From: the human T2T-CHM13v2.0 reference genome, Homo sapiens
Direction: 5' to 3' (one strand)
Length of the DNA stretch: 64,000 nucleotides
NCBI RefSeq assembly: GCF_009914755.1
Contig: NC_060927.1
The notes beneath the pieces are model-generated. The model was not told the origin of the DNA and searched no databases. It saw only the letters and a list, made by a program, of their open reading frames with translations. Each line of letters opens with the position of its first letter. Positions within the stretch are counted from its first letter, which is position 1. Both the position numbers and the translations under genes were made by a program. Below, piece after piece: positions 35,094 through 52,705 of this stretch.

Positions 35094-36232
35094 CTCTCCT
35101 GCAGAGGGAAAGAACAAAACCAGCCAGCTCTATGTGTGGGAAAACACTCTCAGCCTCTTAGAAGAAGAACCCTATATTGATTCCAGACATTGTTATTCCC
35201 ACATGCAGGGGGAATGAAGAAAGAAAAGGAAACCAAGGTATTGACAGGAAAACCAGCTTCTACTTTCTCCTACGTCTTTGATGTCACTGTGGAGCAACCA
35301 TGAGACTTTCCCTGTTGTCATTTGTCAATTCGTCCTTCCCCAAGCCAAGGCAGTTTACTAACGTCTAGACTCATTAAAGTGGATGAGATTTTGTTTCCAA
35401 ATCCTGGACAGTGCTAATGTAAATGCTTGTTTATCCATGGTGGTGCAGAATGAAGGAAGTCCATGCTCTGCACAAGTAAAGCGATGTGTCATGTCATATT
35501 GCCAAAAGGTTGCATCATTTCTAAACTTTCCGGAAGACTGGATGGGCAAGAGGTCATCTATGTTTATTTTGTGAAGTTTGCCCTACCAGGAAATGTGTGG
35601 GTACAAGAGATATTTTGGGCCCATGAGACTCTCACTTTAGATGCTTAATCCAGCAGCATGTGCTATAAGCTTCAGTCTCTAACTACATCTTTAAAAAGAG
35701 TGGCAAGTTGTGAAGTATGCAAGGTTTTTTGGCTGCACTGACAGAGCCACGTATAAAATCCTGTTGCCAAGCAGAGACTAGAACCAGATGACAAAGACTG
35801 AAAACACACGCCATGTATTGACTTTCCTATAAAATACTCATTACAACCTAATCCAGTCATACTCATTTCTAGAAGAATTACATAATCAGTCAGCAATCCA
35901 TATTAATTAAAGTTGTAAATTGACCTTAAAAGAAGATTTTTAAACAAAATTGTTCATGTCAGATTTCTTTAAGAATACAGTGGAATTACTTCAACAAAGA
36001 AGAAAAATGTTTTAAAGAAGTAATTTTTAGCACAAATTTTAACAAATAGTACTATTCATGGCCCACCAACGGCCCTATTCAAACGTCTCTTGGACATTTT
36101 ATTTGTGGTTTTCACATCATTCATAATCTAGAAAATAACAGTACCTCTGCCCTGAAAGGAACTACTCCTCTACTTTTCCCTGTGGTTCTGATACGGCTGC
36201 CAAGGAAAATATCACTCAGATGTAATCCTCCA

Positions 36233-36291
36233 ACACACACACACGCACACACACAGACACACACACGCGCGCACACACACGCACACACACA
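36233..36291. repeat. Compound (CA)n/(CG)n microsatellite
   Basis: Interrupted CA run with CGCGCG and CAGA interruptions. Confidence 0.9.
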
Positions 36292-36477
36292 TTCCAACCC
36301 TTATCACATAGCAGTAAGAAGTAATGAAGCTAACACAAACAGGAAGACAATACCAAGAGATGGAAACAGAGAGGCCAGCTCTAACCCTGGAATGCACAGC
36401 CAATATATCACCTCTATTGTTTAAACTATTTGAGTTGTTCCTGTTACTTGCAACCAACAGAATCCCAACACCAAAAC

Positions 36478-36619
36478 CCAGGACTTTCAATTCCATAATG
36501 GACAGTGCTCCACATTGCACTATTCGGGGGTGGAAGGAGTCTGGAATAGTGCAATGGGGAGTAAAGTTTATATGACTGTCACCCCATAGACATAAGCTAC
36601 GTGTGACTGATAGCCCTGG
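36478..36619. mobile_element. Unclassified MITE-like element with an internal hairpin
   Basis: Terminal inverted repeats CCAGGACTTTCA / TGATAGCCCTGG (10/12 match); internal 18-bp inverted repeat. Confidence 0.4.
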
Positions 36620-37012
36620 AGTTATGCAATGTGAAGTTATAAGGGGATATTTTGCCCACTAACACCATCCATTTCTCTACACACCTAGTGCAACTTGAGC
36701 TTGGGTAAAGCCACTTCTAGAACTTCCTGCCTAGTACTGCTATTCTTGCCATTACCACTCCATATTTCATGAAATGCCTTTAAAAAGAATGTTCCTCCAC
36801 TCTTCTTCTTTGCTTGGATCCTCACAATGCAGGTACCAATTTCTCTATGGAGAATCTTTTAGCTCAGCCCCACATAGAACAAGGCCATTTCTCATAGCAG
36901 ATGGTGGCCAATTATTTCTGCCTAATTCCTACCTCTACAATTCTTGCCCTTAGAAACCCTTGCATTCCCTACTTCTCTAGAGGTTACAAGTTCACTTCTC
37001 AAAAGTCAACCT

Positions 37013-37334
<322 letters not shown>

Positions 37335-37829
37335 TCAATCTTTCCCGTTCTCTGAGTCTGTTTCTCTGACCTCTGCTCCCCTTCCATATTGGAGTTGAAA
37401 ATCCATCCTTCCTGTTGGCTTTTAATATCTTATTAATAGTCACTCAGAAAATGTACTGCCTGTTTTAAAAAAACTTTTAAGTCTTGGAAGCAATATTTTT
37501 CAAATCTAGAGAGTTTCTTTACATGTGGGAATGAGTGGTCTATCAAGCCCTAGGTTCTTTTACTGGTTGCAAATGAATCCTTATGATTCACTGTACACAC
37601 CTATAAAGGTCCTCATACTTTACCAGTGGAAGAGGGAAGGACCCCCCTCCCTTCAAAACAGTCTTGATAAAATTGCAAGACGAACTTCACTGCTGAGCCT
37701 CTAATTCAAAACAAACAAAGAAAAATAAAACAAAACAACAAATGAACAATGGAATACCCGACAACCCCCCCCAAAAAAATCAATTGACCTAAACACAATG
37801 CCAAGAGTTACTGTAAAGAGTCATCTTTT

Positions 37830-38515
<686 letters not shown>

Positions 38516-38685
38516 TCATAGTGCTAGCCACATGAAATATCAACCCTCATTCCACTGGTGAAGGCACTCATGTTGTGATCCTAAGCCCCTCTTCCAGGCC
38601 TATCTCCCACCACACCCTTTATGCACCCTGTGTTTTAGGCAAACTGAACAACTCATGCGGCCTACACATTCCAGAGTTCTTCCTG

Positions 38686-38825
38686 GCTTCCCTCCCTGCC
38701 CCTCAAACTGTGCAGTCTCAGCTTCCCTCCCTGCCCCTCAAACTGTGCAGTCTCAGCTTCCCTCCCTGCCCCTCAAACTGTGCAGTCTCAGCTTCCCTCC
38801 CTGCCCCTCAAACTGTGCAGTCTTA
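38686..38825. repeat. Minisatellite, 4 x 35 bp
   Basis: Unit GCTTCCCTCCCTGCCCCTCAAACTGTGCAGTCTCA at 38686, 38721, 38756 and 38791; one mismatch in total. Confidence 0.97.
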
Positions 38826-39106
38826 CACAGCTCATCTTGGGGATGTTATCTCCCTGTTGAAGTTCCTCCTAATCCTCTACTTCCTTTCTCCCTCCAAATG
38901 CAAAAATAACTTGTCTTTCTTTGGACTCTCAAAATACTTTATTTTGTATTTGTCTATTGGACTTTATCTTACACCACCTCATTTTTAGAGTTACTGTTGC
39001 CCATTGCTCCTGAGAGCAAAAGTAGTGGCTTATTAATTTCTGGGTTCCTAATGCCTATCACTGTGCTGTGTAGGCAGTAGTTTTTTGATGATCTTTATTG
39101 TGAAAG

Positions 39107-39142
39107 TTATTTAGAATAAGTTAAGTGACTTATTCTAAATAA
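39107..39142. repeat. Perfect 15-bp inverted repeat, 6-nt spacer
   Basis: TTATTTAGAATAAGT-taagtg-ACTTATTCTAAATAA. Confidence 0.9.
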
Positions 39143-39216
39143 TTCATTGATGATATGAATTTTTCCATCATGGCTTTACCTAAAATAAATCTCTCTAGAT
39201 CAAAGTTAGGCAATGC

Positions 39217-39540
39217 TTTTTCTTTCTTTCTTTCTTTCTTTTTTTTTTTTTTTTTTTTTTTTTGAGATGGAGTCTCACTCTGTCACCCAGGCTGGAGTGC
39301 AGTTGTGCAATCTCAGTTCACTGCAAACTCCACCTCCTGGGTTCAAGCGATTCTCCTCAGCCTCCCAAGTAGCTGGGATTATAGGCATATGCCACACACC
39401 CAGCTAATTTTTGTATTTTTAGTAGAGATGGGATTGCTCCATGTTGGCCAGGCTGGTCTCTAACTCCTGACCTCAGGCGATCTGCCCACCTCGGCCTCCC
39501 AAAGTGTTGGGATTACAGGCATGAGCCACCAGGCCCAGCC
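39217..39540 (-). mobile_element. Alu (AluSx-like)
   Basis: Reverse Alu; TSD GGCAAT(G/A)CTTTT. Confidence 0.92.
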
Positions 39541-39590
39541 GCGGCAATACTTTTCTAGAAGTGAGTCTTATAATACTAATTCTTAGTCTG

Positions 39591-40430
<840 letters not shown>

Positions 40431-41554
40431 AGGCAAAAATACTTTCATTGGATTGGTAAGTCAAGCTAGGAAAAGAACAGGAACTCATATTACTGAGGAG
40501 AGGACCTACTATGTGTCAGATATTATGCCACACACTCTGCATATCTCATCTCTCATCTAAGCAAGGAGATCACCTCCATGGTAAAAGCAGCCATCTCCAT
40601 ATATAAATTTATCTTTTGAACTTCAGGACAATTTCATCTAACAAACTGCATATCTACCTTTTTGTTATTTTTTTGTATATTATTCGTTTTCCCCCCACCT
40701 TTTTCTTTAACTAAAGCAGAGTTTTTTTCTCTTTTTTAATTTCTTCTTTTTTTTTTTTTTCACCACTGTATTCCCAGTACTTAGAATAGTGCTAGGGAAT
40801 CAGAGCAGGCACTCAAAACATATTTAATGATCAGATGATTTTGACCTTAACATTTTCTACAAGTACTTTCCTAGCAGGTCTTGCAGTTGGTCCCTGAGAA
40901 CAAAATGACCATTTTAAACATTTGCATGTGAGGATCACATTCTTTGCTGTAAATAAAACTCAGACATTTCTCCCAAGTGACCCAGAATCACAGGTGTACA
41001 TCCTGAGAACCAGAAACATCTGGGTGAAGAGAGAGGAAAAAACCCTGCAATGTTCCAACCCTACAAACTGCTTTTTAAAAGACAGAATTAGAGAAAGCTT
41101 CAAAAACAGCCAAAACCTCTTGCAGAAAGAACTCCTTTGTGGAATGATGGAAAAGTTTGGAACCAAGGTTTCCCTGGGGCTGGAAGTGTTACTGGCCTCA
41201 AGGACTGAACCAATAACACTGCTGGAGTGAGTGTGGGTTCCAAGCTCAGCGCCTGCCAAATCCAGGATTTCTCCTCCCCAGTTCTGAAGACAAACCAGAT
41301 AGAAATTAAATCTGTTGGGTAACTGAGGTGCAGTGGAAAGTATGTGTGGCTGCAACTCAGAAGAGTCGTTTATATTTATTTGTTAATATCAGGCTGTTTT
41401 TCCATTAGATTCTTAGATTCCTTAGATTCTTGCATAATAGTGTTTCATTAACTAGTGTGTGGGTGTTACTAGTAACAGTACACTCTTAAACAAATAAGGC
41501 AGGTGAGGGATGTTGTCAGTAGAAAATATATTGATTTAGTTTTTATTTCATTGA

Positions 41555-41849
41555 ATTTTTTTTATTTTAATTTTTTTACCAATGGGGTCTCATTCTGTTA
41601 CGCAGCTGGAATATGATCATGGCTCACTTAAGTCTCAATCTTCTGTGTTCAAGCATTCTTCCTACCTAACCCTCCAAAGTACCTAGAACTACAGGTGCAC
41701 AGCACCACATCAAGCTAATTTTTTAATTTTTGTAGAAATGGGGTCTTGCTATGCTGTCCAGGGTGGTCTCAAACTCCTTGCCTCAAGCCATCCTCCCCCC
41801 TCAACCTCCCATAGTGCTGGGATTACAGGCATGCATCATTATGCCCAGC
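41555..41849 (-). mobile_element. Alu (AluJ-like), diverged
   Basis: GGGTCTTGCTATGCTGTCCAGG and CCTCAAGCCATCCTCC J-type motifs. Confidence 0.85.
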
Positions 41850-42283
41850 AATTTGTGTTTTTTCCTAACCTGCAGAACAAAGTAATAAGCCTGTTTGTTT
41901 CAAGATCTCCACCTAGATAAACATAGAGAATTCTAAACATTAAATATTTCTGAAACTTCAACCTAGGAAACTACTGCATTTTTTAGAGTATTTTGTCCTC
42001 TTCTTTTTGAATGTTTTACTTTTTTTTCTCACCTGTATTGTGAAAAGAAAACCAGAAAGCAATTATTTTTTCCTTCTATGCCCATCCCTTGTCTTTAATA
42101 TCATCTTTGAAATAGCGACACCAAGGTCAGTGACTTCTCTAAGTGGCGTGAGCCACTGCTTCTGGCCTTCTTTGGTTCTTTATGATTTTTAAATTCATCC
42201 ATCTCCCTAACAGTCCCCTCATCTCAAGCTCAAATTCAACTATAATAATATTTATAAGTGTCACATGATACATATTAATAGCA

Positions 42284-44420
<2,137 letters not shown>

Positions 44421-45404
44421 GGGCATGTGGGAGTTCATTTGTAGGATACCCTTCCAGAAAGTTCGGTGATTTTCTCCAGCTGTGCCTCCCAGCCCAGGAA
44501 CAGAAAAAAATGTAGACAGCTGCGGGTGGAAGAGTTTTGCCTCCATGTTTTGATGGAAAGACAATTTGAGAAGACTAGAGGGGAAGCACCAAGTTCACGA
44601 GTGAGCCGGATGTCAAGGGAGTGGAGTAAAAGTGCAGACAGAAGTACAGGGAGGGAGATGATCACTTTCCAAAAGGAAAATGCCAAGGCTTAGGAGGAGA
44701 GGAGCAGTGGGAAAAGGAAATCCAGAACAGAGGAGTAAAATGGGAGAAAATGTTATGGTTGTCCCACGAGTCATACCTTGGCCAAAGACCAGGAAAGGCA
44801 ACAAAATAGAAGGAATATAGAGTTCTCACCAAAATAAAGCCTAGTAGTCATCTTGTAGCTAGGAAAACTCCTGCCTCTGTGAAGAAGTAAACCAAGGCTT
44901 GCATGGATTGTCCTGTTAAGGGAATCTTGGCCCATTACATTGGTCCATGGGGATTCGCTGGTTCCTCTGACTCTCCTACTGGAAACCACAGCAGCCTCTA
45001 GGGACTGGGACACTCTCGTTTCTCTGAAAGGAGTCAGCCCATGTGTGGTTCAAGGATGCTTCACTCTCTTTACCCTATTTATAGAACCTTCTTATTTGAG
45101 AACTTTGTGAGGTAAGTAGTATTACCTCCCATTCACAAGCAAGGCTCAGAGAGTTTTATAACTTGCTCCCGGCTGTCAGCTACCAAAAGGGAGAAGTGAG
45201 ACTAAGTGTACATTTTATGACTCCGAGTTCAGTGCTCTTTCAAACTATAGGCCTGTCTTATAGGACTGGAAATCCCTTAATTACTTCAAACCCTATGAGA
45301 AGATGCCAGTGTAATGGTTGTAATATTTTTGAAAATAATAAATTGATATGTTTACATTTATATTAACTTCCAAAGCCTAAGTCCTTCTGACTCAAATAGC
45401 AGAT

Positions 45405-45605
45405 AGGCTGTCAGGTGGGGGTGAATACCACCCATCTGGGAAATGTTCACGGTCACTTATGATTGTCACAGGTCTGTGGAATGCTGCTGGCATTTAGTGG
45501 GTGAAGGTCAGGGACATTAAATCTCCAGCAATGCCTAGGGCAGTCCTACCCAACAAAGATTTGTCCTACCCTAACTTCAGTGCTACTCTCAGTGAGGAAC
45601 ACTGG
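45405..45605. mobile_element. MER20-like hAT element
   Basis: GATTGTCACA...TGCTGCTGGCATTTAGTGGGTGAAGGTCAGGGA...CAACAAAGA...TGAGGAACACTG. Confidence 0.65.
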
Positions 45606-45614
45606 TAGGACAGC

Positions 45615-46096
45615 ATGGTAGATGGCCTCCAAGACCACGCTGATGATCCCCACCTCCTGGTATTCCACCCTGTGTAGTCTCTCCCACATTGTACTAGAGT
45701 CGTATAACCGGTGGAACATGGCAGAAGTGATGCTATGTCACTCCCAAGATTGCAGCTCCTGTCTTGGTCACTGCGTCTCTCTTGGATCACTAGTTCTGGG
45801 GGAAGCCAGGTCATGACCAGCCCTACAGAAAGGCCCAATGGTGAAGAACTGAAGCTTCCGGCCAACAGCCATGTGTATGACGTTGGAAACAAATCCTCCA
45901 GTCCCAGTCAAGTCTTCAGAGGCTGTAGCCCTGAGTGACAGCTTGACTAAAACCTCAGGAGAGACCTTGAGTCAGAACCACTCAGACAAGCTGGTCTCCG
46001 ATTCCTGACCCTCAGAAACTGTGGAAGATTACAAATGTTTGTTGTCTTAAGTTACTAAGTTTTGTGGCAATTTGTTATGTAGCAATCGATAACTGA
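45615..46096 (+). mobile_element. MLT1F-like LTR
   Basis: GATCCCCACCTCCTGGTATTC...CCAGTCAAGTCTTCAGA...TTCCTGACCCTCAGAAACTGTG...TTTGTTATGTAGCAATCGATAACT. Confidence 0.8.
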
Positions 46097-46126
46097 GATA
46101 AAGAAAATAGTCATGGCTAAGTTTAA

Positions 46127-46136
46127 TGTCTGTCTG

Positions 46137-46178
<42 letters not shown>
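46127..46178. repeat. (TGTC)3(TATC)10 tetranucleotide STR
   Basis: Counted directly. Confidence 0.95.
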
Positions 46179-46181
<3 letters not shown>

Positions 46182-46544
46182 AATTCGTAGCAAGACTGTC
46201 TTAATAGCCAGCCACAATTGACTCAGTCCACAGAGCTCTAACATGAACCATGGCAGTAACTCAGGATATGATGTAACAGAAGTTCATGTCTACCTAGAGA
46301 GAAAGGGAAAGTACAAACTCTTTGAGGAGGAAATAAAAAGATAAGGGAAGTAGAAGAAAAGAAGCATTCAGATATTTGGGTCTTAGCTTCTGATTCCAGG
46401 GCCACTGTACTTGGTTGTGCAGTGTTTATTCAAGGAGTCAAGTGAGGGTGGGTATCCAAGCCTTGTTTCACTTACCAAGATTGGCAGCCCTTGTCCAAGG
46501 ATATCTTTCTGAAAGATCTCACTTTCTAATTTTCATAAGGGAAC

Positions 46545-47024
46545 TGTATTAGTTTCCTAAAGCTGCCATAACAAAGTACCACAAACTGGGTGGCTTAAAA
46601 CAACAGAAATTTATTCTTGCACAGTTCCATAGGCTAGAAGTCTGAAATCAAGGTGTCAGCAGGAACGTGCTCCCTCTGAGACTCTAGCTGCAATCCTTCC
46701 TTGACTCTTCCTAGCCTCTAATAATGGCCATCGAGCCTTTGCATTTCTTGGCTTGCCGCTGCATCGCTCCAATTTCTGCCTGTGTTGTCACGCAATGGTC
46801 TCTCTCTGTGACTCTGCCTTAACAGGTCATCTTTCATCTTCTTATAAAGGCACCAGTCATATTGGATTAAAGGCCCAAACTATTCCAGTATGACCTCATC
46901 TTAACTAACAACATCTCCAATGATCCTATTTCCAGATAACATTACATTCTGAGATACTAAGGGTTCAATAGATAATATAGGACTTCAATATATCTTTTTA
47001 GGGAACACAATTCGACACATACCA
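46545..47024 (-). mobile_element. MLT1C-like LTR
   Basis: TGTATTAGTTTCCTAAAGCTGCCATAACAAAGTACCACAAACTGGGTGGCTTAAAACAACAGAAATTTATT...GGAACACAATTC. Confidence 0.88.
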
Positions 47025-49217
47025 AGACCTATACAAGTTAGCATTCTCTCTGCCCACCTTTTGGATCAAATCAAGTGTGTAGATGGAGATAATCAGATAT
47101 GTTTGGAGGTTTTTCCAGAGCAGGGAGCCTTTCCTAACTTCTTCGGATAGACACTGAAATAAATTCAAGTCCTTTAGAGGAACCAGAGCTTTAGTATGGA
47201 ACTGTCCAAGCTGCTTAGAAGTAGCTGAGGAACAGATGAAGGTGGAAAGAAGGTTGGAAAAGTGCCCATAAGGTCTCTCGTGTCTCCCATGTGAAGTAGA
47301 AGGGACTCATGAGTCCCCACATAGTCTTGTTAGGGATGGCTGAGTAGAGAGCCAGTGAACCTGCCATAGGGCCACCGAGGCATGGAGTTAGAATAAACTT
47401 TCCCAACTCTGTCAGCTTTTGCCGCAACTAAAGGACCTGCACTACCAGCAACAGCCTAAGGTCCTGGTGGAATCAAGAGAATGAGCATAAGTTTCACAAC
47501 CATGAACGTCAGTAGCAGATATCAGCAGGGTTCCCTATAACTGAGAGGGAAAAGAGACATTATCCTGGAGACCATCAAGGGCCTATTTTAATCTGATAAT
47601 CCAAGGACTAGTGACCCCTCTCCCTGCCCGACCTCCAGTACCGCGCGGATTCCATCTATAGCCAGATACAATGTTGGTGAGAAGACCTGGAAAGGGAGTG
47701 AACTCAGAAACACTGCATATTTACCCAAAATGTACAAATTAACCCAAGTGTCTGCTTTAAACTAAAGATATTGCTAAAAGAACTCTTTAACTGACAAGTT
47801 TATGTCTCCTCCTAGCTGTTCATAGAATAAAGAAATCATTTATAGAAAAATTTTTCTTTTAAAAGCCCCTTTTTTCAGACTTTCCAATTTGTAGTGGATT
47901 ACATTTTTGCCCCCATTGAACCATCAATGTAGTAATTATAGCAATTGCCTGATTCTTTTCCCCCTATAATTTTCCAAGAAGGAAACACTAAATGCAAATA
48001 TACTCATTTGTCTTTAAATCAAATCCCCAGTCCATTCGGCCACCCCAAAGCAAATCATCTAAATGTGAATGTAAGCAATATTGTGTATTTTAGAGTAGGA
48101 ATAATTTGACCATTGACAGTTATAGACCTCTAGAAGAATTACTGGTTCTTAGCAAGATGTAGAAAATGTCTCAAAGATTAATAAATGTACCTAAGGTGGT
48201 TGGAGACAAGGCCCTAGATGCCTACAGAACTGCCTTATTTTCCATAGCAGAATGCAGGAAAAAAAAAAAAAAGGAAGAAGAAAAATGGAGAGGAGGACAA
48301 TGCTACATCTTTATTTATCCTCATTGTTTTCTCCTCTTCATTCTCCATTTATATATATTATTTCATTTTATCTCAAAACCAAGAAACAATCTTTCTCAAA
48401 CTGAAGTCAACAGACTACCAAGATTTTCAAGCTGTTCTTGGTGCTAACTCTTCATAAAAGTAGGCAGGTATTGTAGTGGGCCAATGTACAACCAAAGAAA
48501 AATAAATTTATGGATATATAAAGACTTACAGATACCACCTCTCCCCTCCATAAATGAATAGTCCATCTTCCTATTATGATAATTATTCACAGCAAGGTGA
48601 AATAGAAAACACTGAACTTGGAGTCACAATATAGGGGTAAAAATTCCAATTCTGCCCTTTACTACCCTTGTCATCTTGTTGGAGTTATTGAACCACTGTG
48701 AATCTGACAGCTATAAGATGGAAATTATATAATAATTCTACATATTTCTGAGTTGCTCTGAGAATTCAATGAGACCCACACTGTTTGAGGGTAATGCTCC
48801 AAACCACCACTGATATTACACAGGAAGTGTTACAGTGCTATGCAGCTGACACATGAGGCAAGACATAATTCTTCTCACTCCCCCACACCCCACTGTCTAC
48901 TTCTGCAGCAAAACAAAGAAAACTGGTGCTATGGAGAATGTAATTGCCAGACAGAACCAGCATCCAAATGGTGCACAAATTAGCAGCCAGCAGTTGTTCC
49001 CAGAGTTAACAAGTCGATATTAAGGACTTCAAGTCATTAATAACAAAGACCTGCAGCAAACACAGACACCCCAAGACAGGCCAGAGGATAGAAGACAATA
49101 CTGTCATCAGTAGTGAGGCCAGGCTCTCACTAGCTGAGACTTATCAACCAGTTTCTTAATGAGAAGAAACAGAAGGGAGATAACAAAAGTTCTGTTACAA
49201 ACCCCCATTACCTTTAA

Positions 49218-49385
49218 ACTCTCAAACTGCTCAAAGTGTGATTCATGGACCAGCCACATTATCACCTGGGAGCTTGTTGGAAATGCAGCATCTCAAGCTT
49301 TGCCTCAGACATACTGAATATGAACTTGCATTTTAACAAGATCCCCAGGGGAATCACATGCACATATAATTAGAGAAGCACTATT
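49218..49385. mobile_element. MER5A-like hAT-Charlie element
   Basis: CTCAAAGTGTG...ATCACCTGGGAGCTTGTTGGAAATGCAG...TGCATTTTAACAAGATCCCCAGG...GAGAAGCACT. Confidence 0.75.
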
Positions 49386-49677
49386 TCGGAGTTCATTGAA
49401 CAGCAGCATGTAAGATGAAGTATATGTAGTTCTCAACACATGCTTTTGAGTGTTCATATGATCTCTGATCAAACAACTCCTCTAGGTAGCTATGCATAGA
49501 AATTCTTCCAGGTGGATTCTACCTGACCATTGCTATCAAGATTCTGATACCCGGATGAACAAAAACAGATAAGCAGCACCCTTTGGAGTTGTTGGAGTTT
49601 TATGTCTTAATGAATGCCTAGCTGTGTCTGGGAGGTACTGCAAGAACACCTATTAAGTTCCCTCTTAAGAATTCAGT

Positions 49678-49679
<2 letters not shown>

Positions 49680-49709
<30 letters not shown>
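49680..49709. repeat. (AC)15 microsatellite
   Basis: Pure AC run. Confidence 0.95.
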
Positions 49710-49711
<2 letters not shown>

Positions 49712-50595
49712 AACATTCATCCAACAATCATTTATTGGACACCTACCATATGCAAGCATGTATTCTTTGAGAAATTAATAACCTGAAGTAAGTAATCTTT
49801 TTTCAACTTAAACTACAAATCAAGATTTACATGGAATTGAAATGCTTTTAAATCAAGCAAATTTTAAGAATTTTACACTCTGGTTTTAAATCTGTTAGCA
49901 GGGAAAGAAAATTTTTATAGGAAAAATGTCAGAAATGATAAAATGTACACTTGAAATACACTTTCCAGTCAGCTCATGTGAGCAACCTGAAATGAGGAAA
50001 GAAAGAAAAAGATCAAAAACAAGGAAAAATAAAAGATGGAAGCAGGTAGGCTCAAAAAAAACAGATGAAGAATGAGACGGTGAGAGATGGCCAGAAGAGA
50101 GACAGAGATACAGGTAGAGTGAGAGATACAGGACAAGCGTATGAGGCAAGTTAGAACTGCTTCGGCCATGTCTTCATGGCATGTGTTCAAATGACACAAA
50201 TTTGTACATTTGAGTTCATGGTAAGAGATTATTTCCTGTAACATTCTATGGCACTTAACCATCTATGGCTTATCAGCTCTTTTGATGAAATACCATTGGC
50301 TCTAAAATGAAGGGGCTGAAGCATCCCTTCTGGCTTAGAGGTACTGTTATCACCTCCACTTACAAGAGGAGAATTAATTAATCATCAGCAAGGATAATTT
50401 GTGAAATTCTAGTATTTATTGTGCCCTGGAAAATCTGCTGTAAGGACTTTGCCACCTGCATTGGCCATCAGAGCAATGATCTCATCAAACTAGATGTGTA
50501 CACCAAAACTCTGGGCTATCAGTCATGTATTCTTTTCAAAAAGATATCCAATAATAGAAGTGACATCTCAGTAAATTGGTATAAAATGGAGAGTT

Positions 50596-50887
50596 GGCCA
50601 GGCGCAGTGGCTCACGCCTGTAATCCCAGCACTTTGGGAGGCCGAGGCAGGTGGATCATGAGATCAGTAGTTCAAGACCAGCCTGGCCAAGATGGTGAAA
50701 CCCTGTCTCTACTAAAAATACAAAAATTAGCTGGGTGTGGTGGTGCACGCCTGTAATCCTAGCTACTCAGGAGGCTGAGGCAGGGAACTGCTTGAACCTG
50801 GGAGGCAGAGGTTGCAGTGAGCTGAGATGGTGCCACTACACTCCAGCCTGGGCGACAGAGCAAGACTCCATCTCAAAAAAAAAAAAA
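50596..50887 (+). mobile_element. Alu (AluSg-like)
   Basis: Full Alu with A-tail. Confidence 0.92.
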
Positions 50888-51040
50888 GGAAGTTAAGATA
50901 TTCATCAGAAATCTAAATTTTATTTTAATAGAGGACTGCATAAAACTGTCTGAAGAGAACAGTGGGACCCAGTGGTTTTATCACCCCATGAGCATGAAAA
51001 AAGAAATCTTGTTTCTTTTTTTTTTTTTTTCACTTTTAAG

Positions 51041-51196
51041 GTAGAAATTCTTATGGACTGGAATCTTCCTCAAGGCTTACTTTGTTCCTGGGATGCAGTG
51101 GTGCATAGAAGATAGGGCATTGACTCACTCAGACCTGGCTTGCCCAGCATGCATTGCAACAATAATGTGCAAGTTATTAAAGACATGAGTGAATTC
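51041..51196 (+). ncRNA. Candidate internal exon (156 nt) of a spliced non-coding or UTR transcript
   Basis: Long polypyrimidine tract + CACTTTTAAG| acceptor; TTC|GTAAGT donor; unique sequence; stops in all three frames. Confidence 0.55.
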
Positions 51197-51843
51197 GTAA
51201 GTATAGTGTAATTTGAGATTTCCTATGCAAGGTATTCTAGAAATGCCAAGTATCTTGTTTACAACAAACCAAAAACTGAAATGTTGGTTGTCATGTTCAC
51301 TACCACATAGAAAATACACAGTGAAAGACTTTCACATTTTCAGTAAAATAAGCAAAGGGGGAACGGTGATTTATCTTGCTGAAGTTCTGTAAGGCAAAAT
51401 TATTTAGTTCATTGTGAAAGAAAATAAAACGTGCTCTAGAGAACAGAACACATAGCTTTTAGAGAGATAGGCTGCTTTTAAAAAGATGTCTGTGATTCCA
51501 CAATAATGACATAAAAGCCCTAAGTGTTATTTCCTAGTCCTTACTACATTTTAACTGTCACTGAAACTAAAGTAATGGAAAAATTATATTTGTATGTATA
51601 AAGTAACTATAAATTATCCACTCATTACAAAACATCTTATCCTTTATCTATTTAGATACAATTATAGCCTTGCTCTCCAACATTTTGGAGAACAGGATGT
51701 TGGTTAATAAAAATTCTAGTTAAGTAAGTATTCAATTTTTTTTTAGTCTTTCTCTTATATTGTCCTTTATTCAGTTCTCCTAGACTGACAAAAAATGTGT
51801 CCCAGTGATGTAGCTTTTCCTTCCAAAAAAATTAGCAGGAACA

Positions 51844-52201
<358 letters not shown>

Positions 52202-52369
52202 TCATTCAATAAACATTTTTGTATGATAGACCATCAGATGTGCTGAATCTATACAGATTAGTAAAATACTAAGTAAGTAACAGTGTTTGGCTGTGATTAT
52301 ACTTTTTAAATTATGGCACATGTATACATATTTTAAACATGTGTGCCATATGTATACATGATTTATTGA

Positions 52370-52705
<336 letters not shown>

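Noticed and set aside
38575-38988. 137-aa repetitive ORF, or a CRISPR-like reading of the 35-bp repeats
   Set aside because: The ORF is open because the VNTR unit has few stops. The repeats are contiguous, with no unique spacers and no cas genes.
40922-41355. Opposing 102/131-aa ORFs and a GGA|GTGAGT donor at 41227
   Set aside because: No recognisable protein and only weak acceptors; could be a minor non-coding exon but is not supportable from sequence alone.
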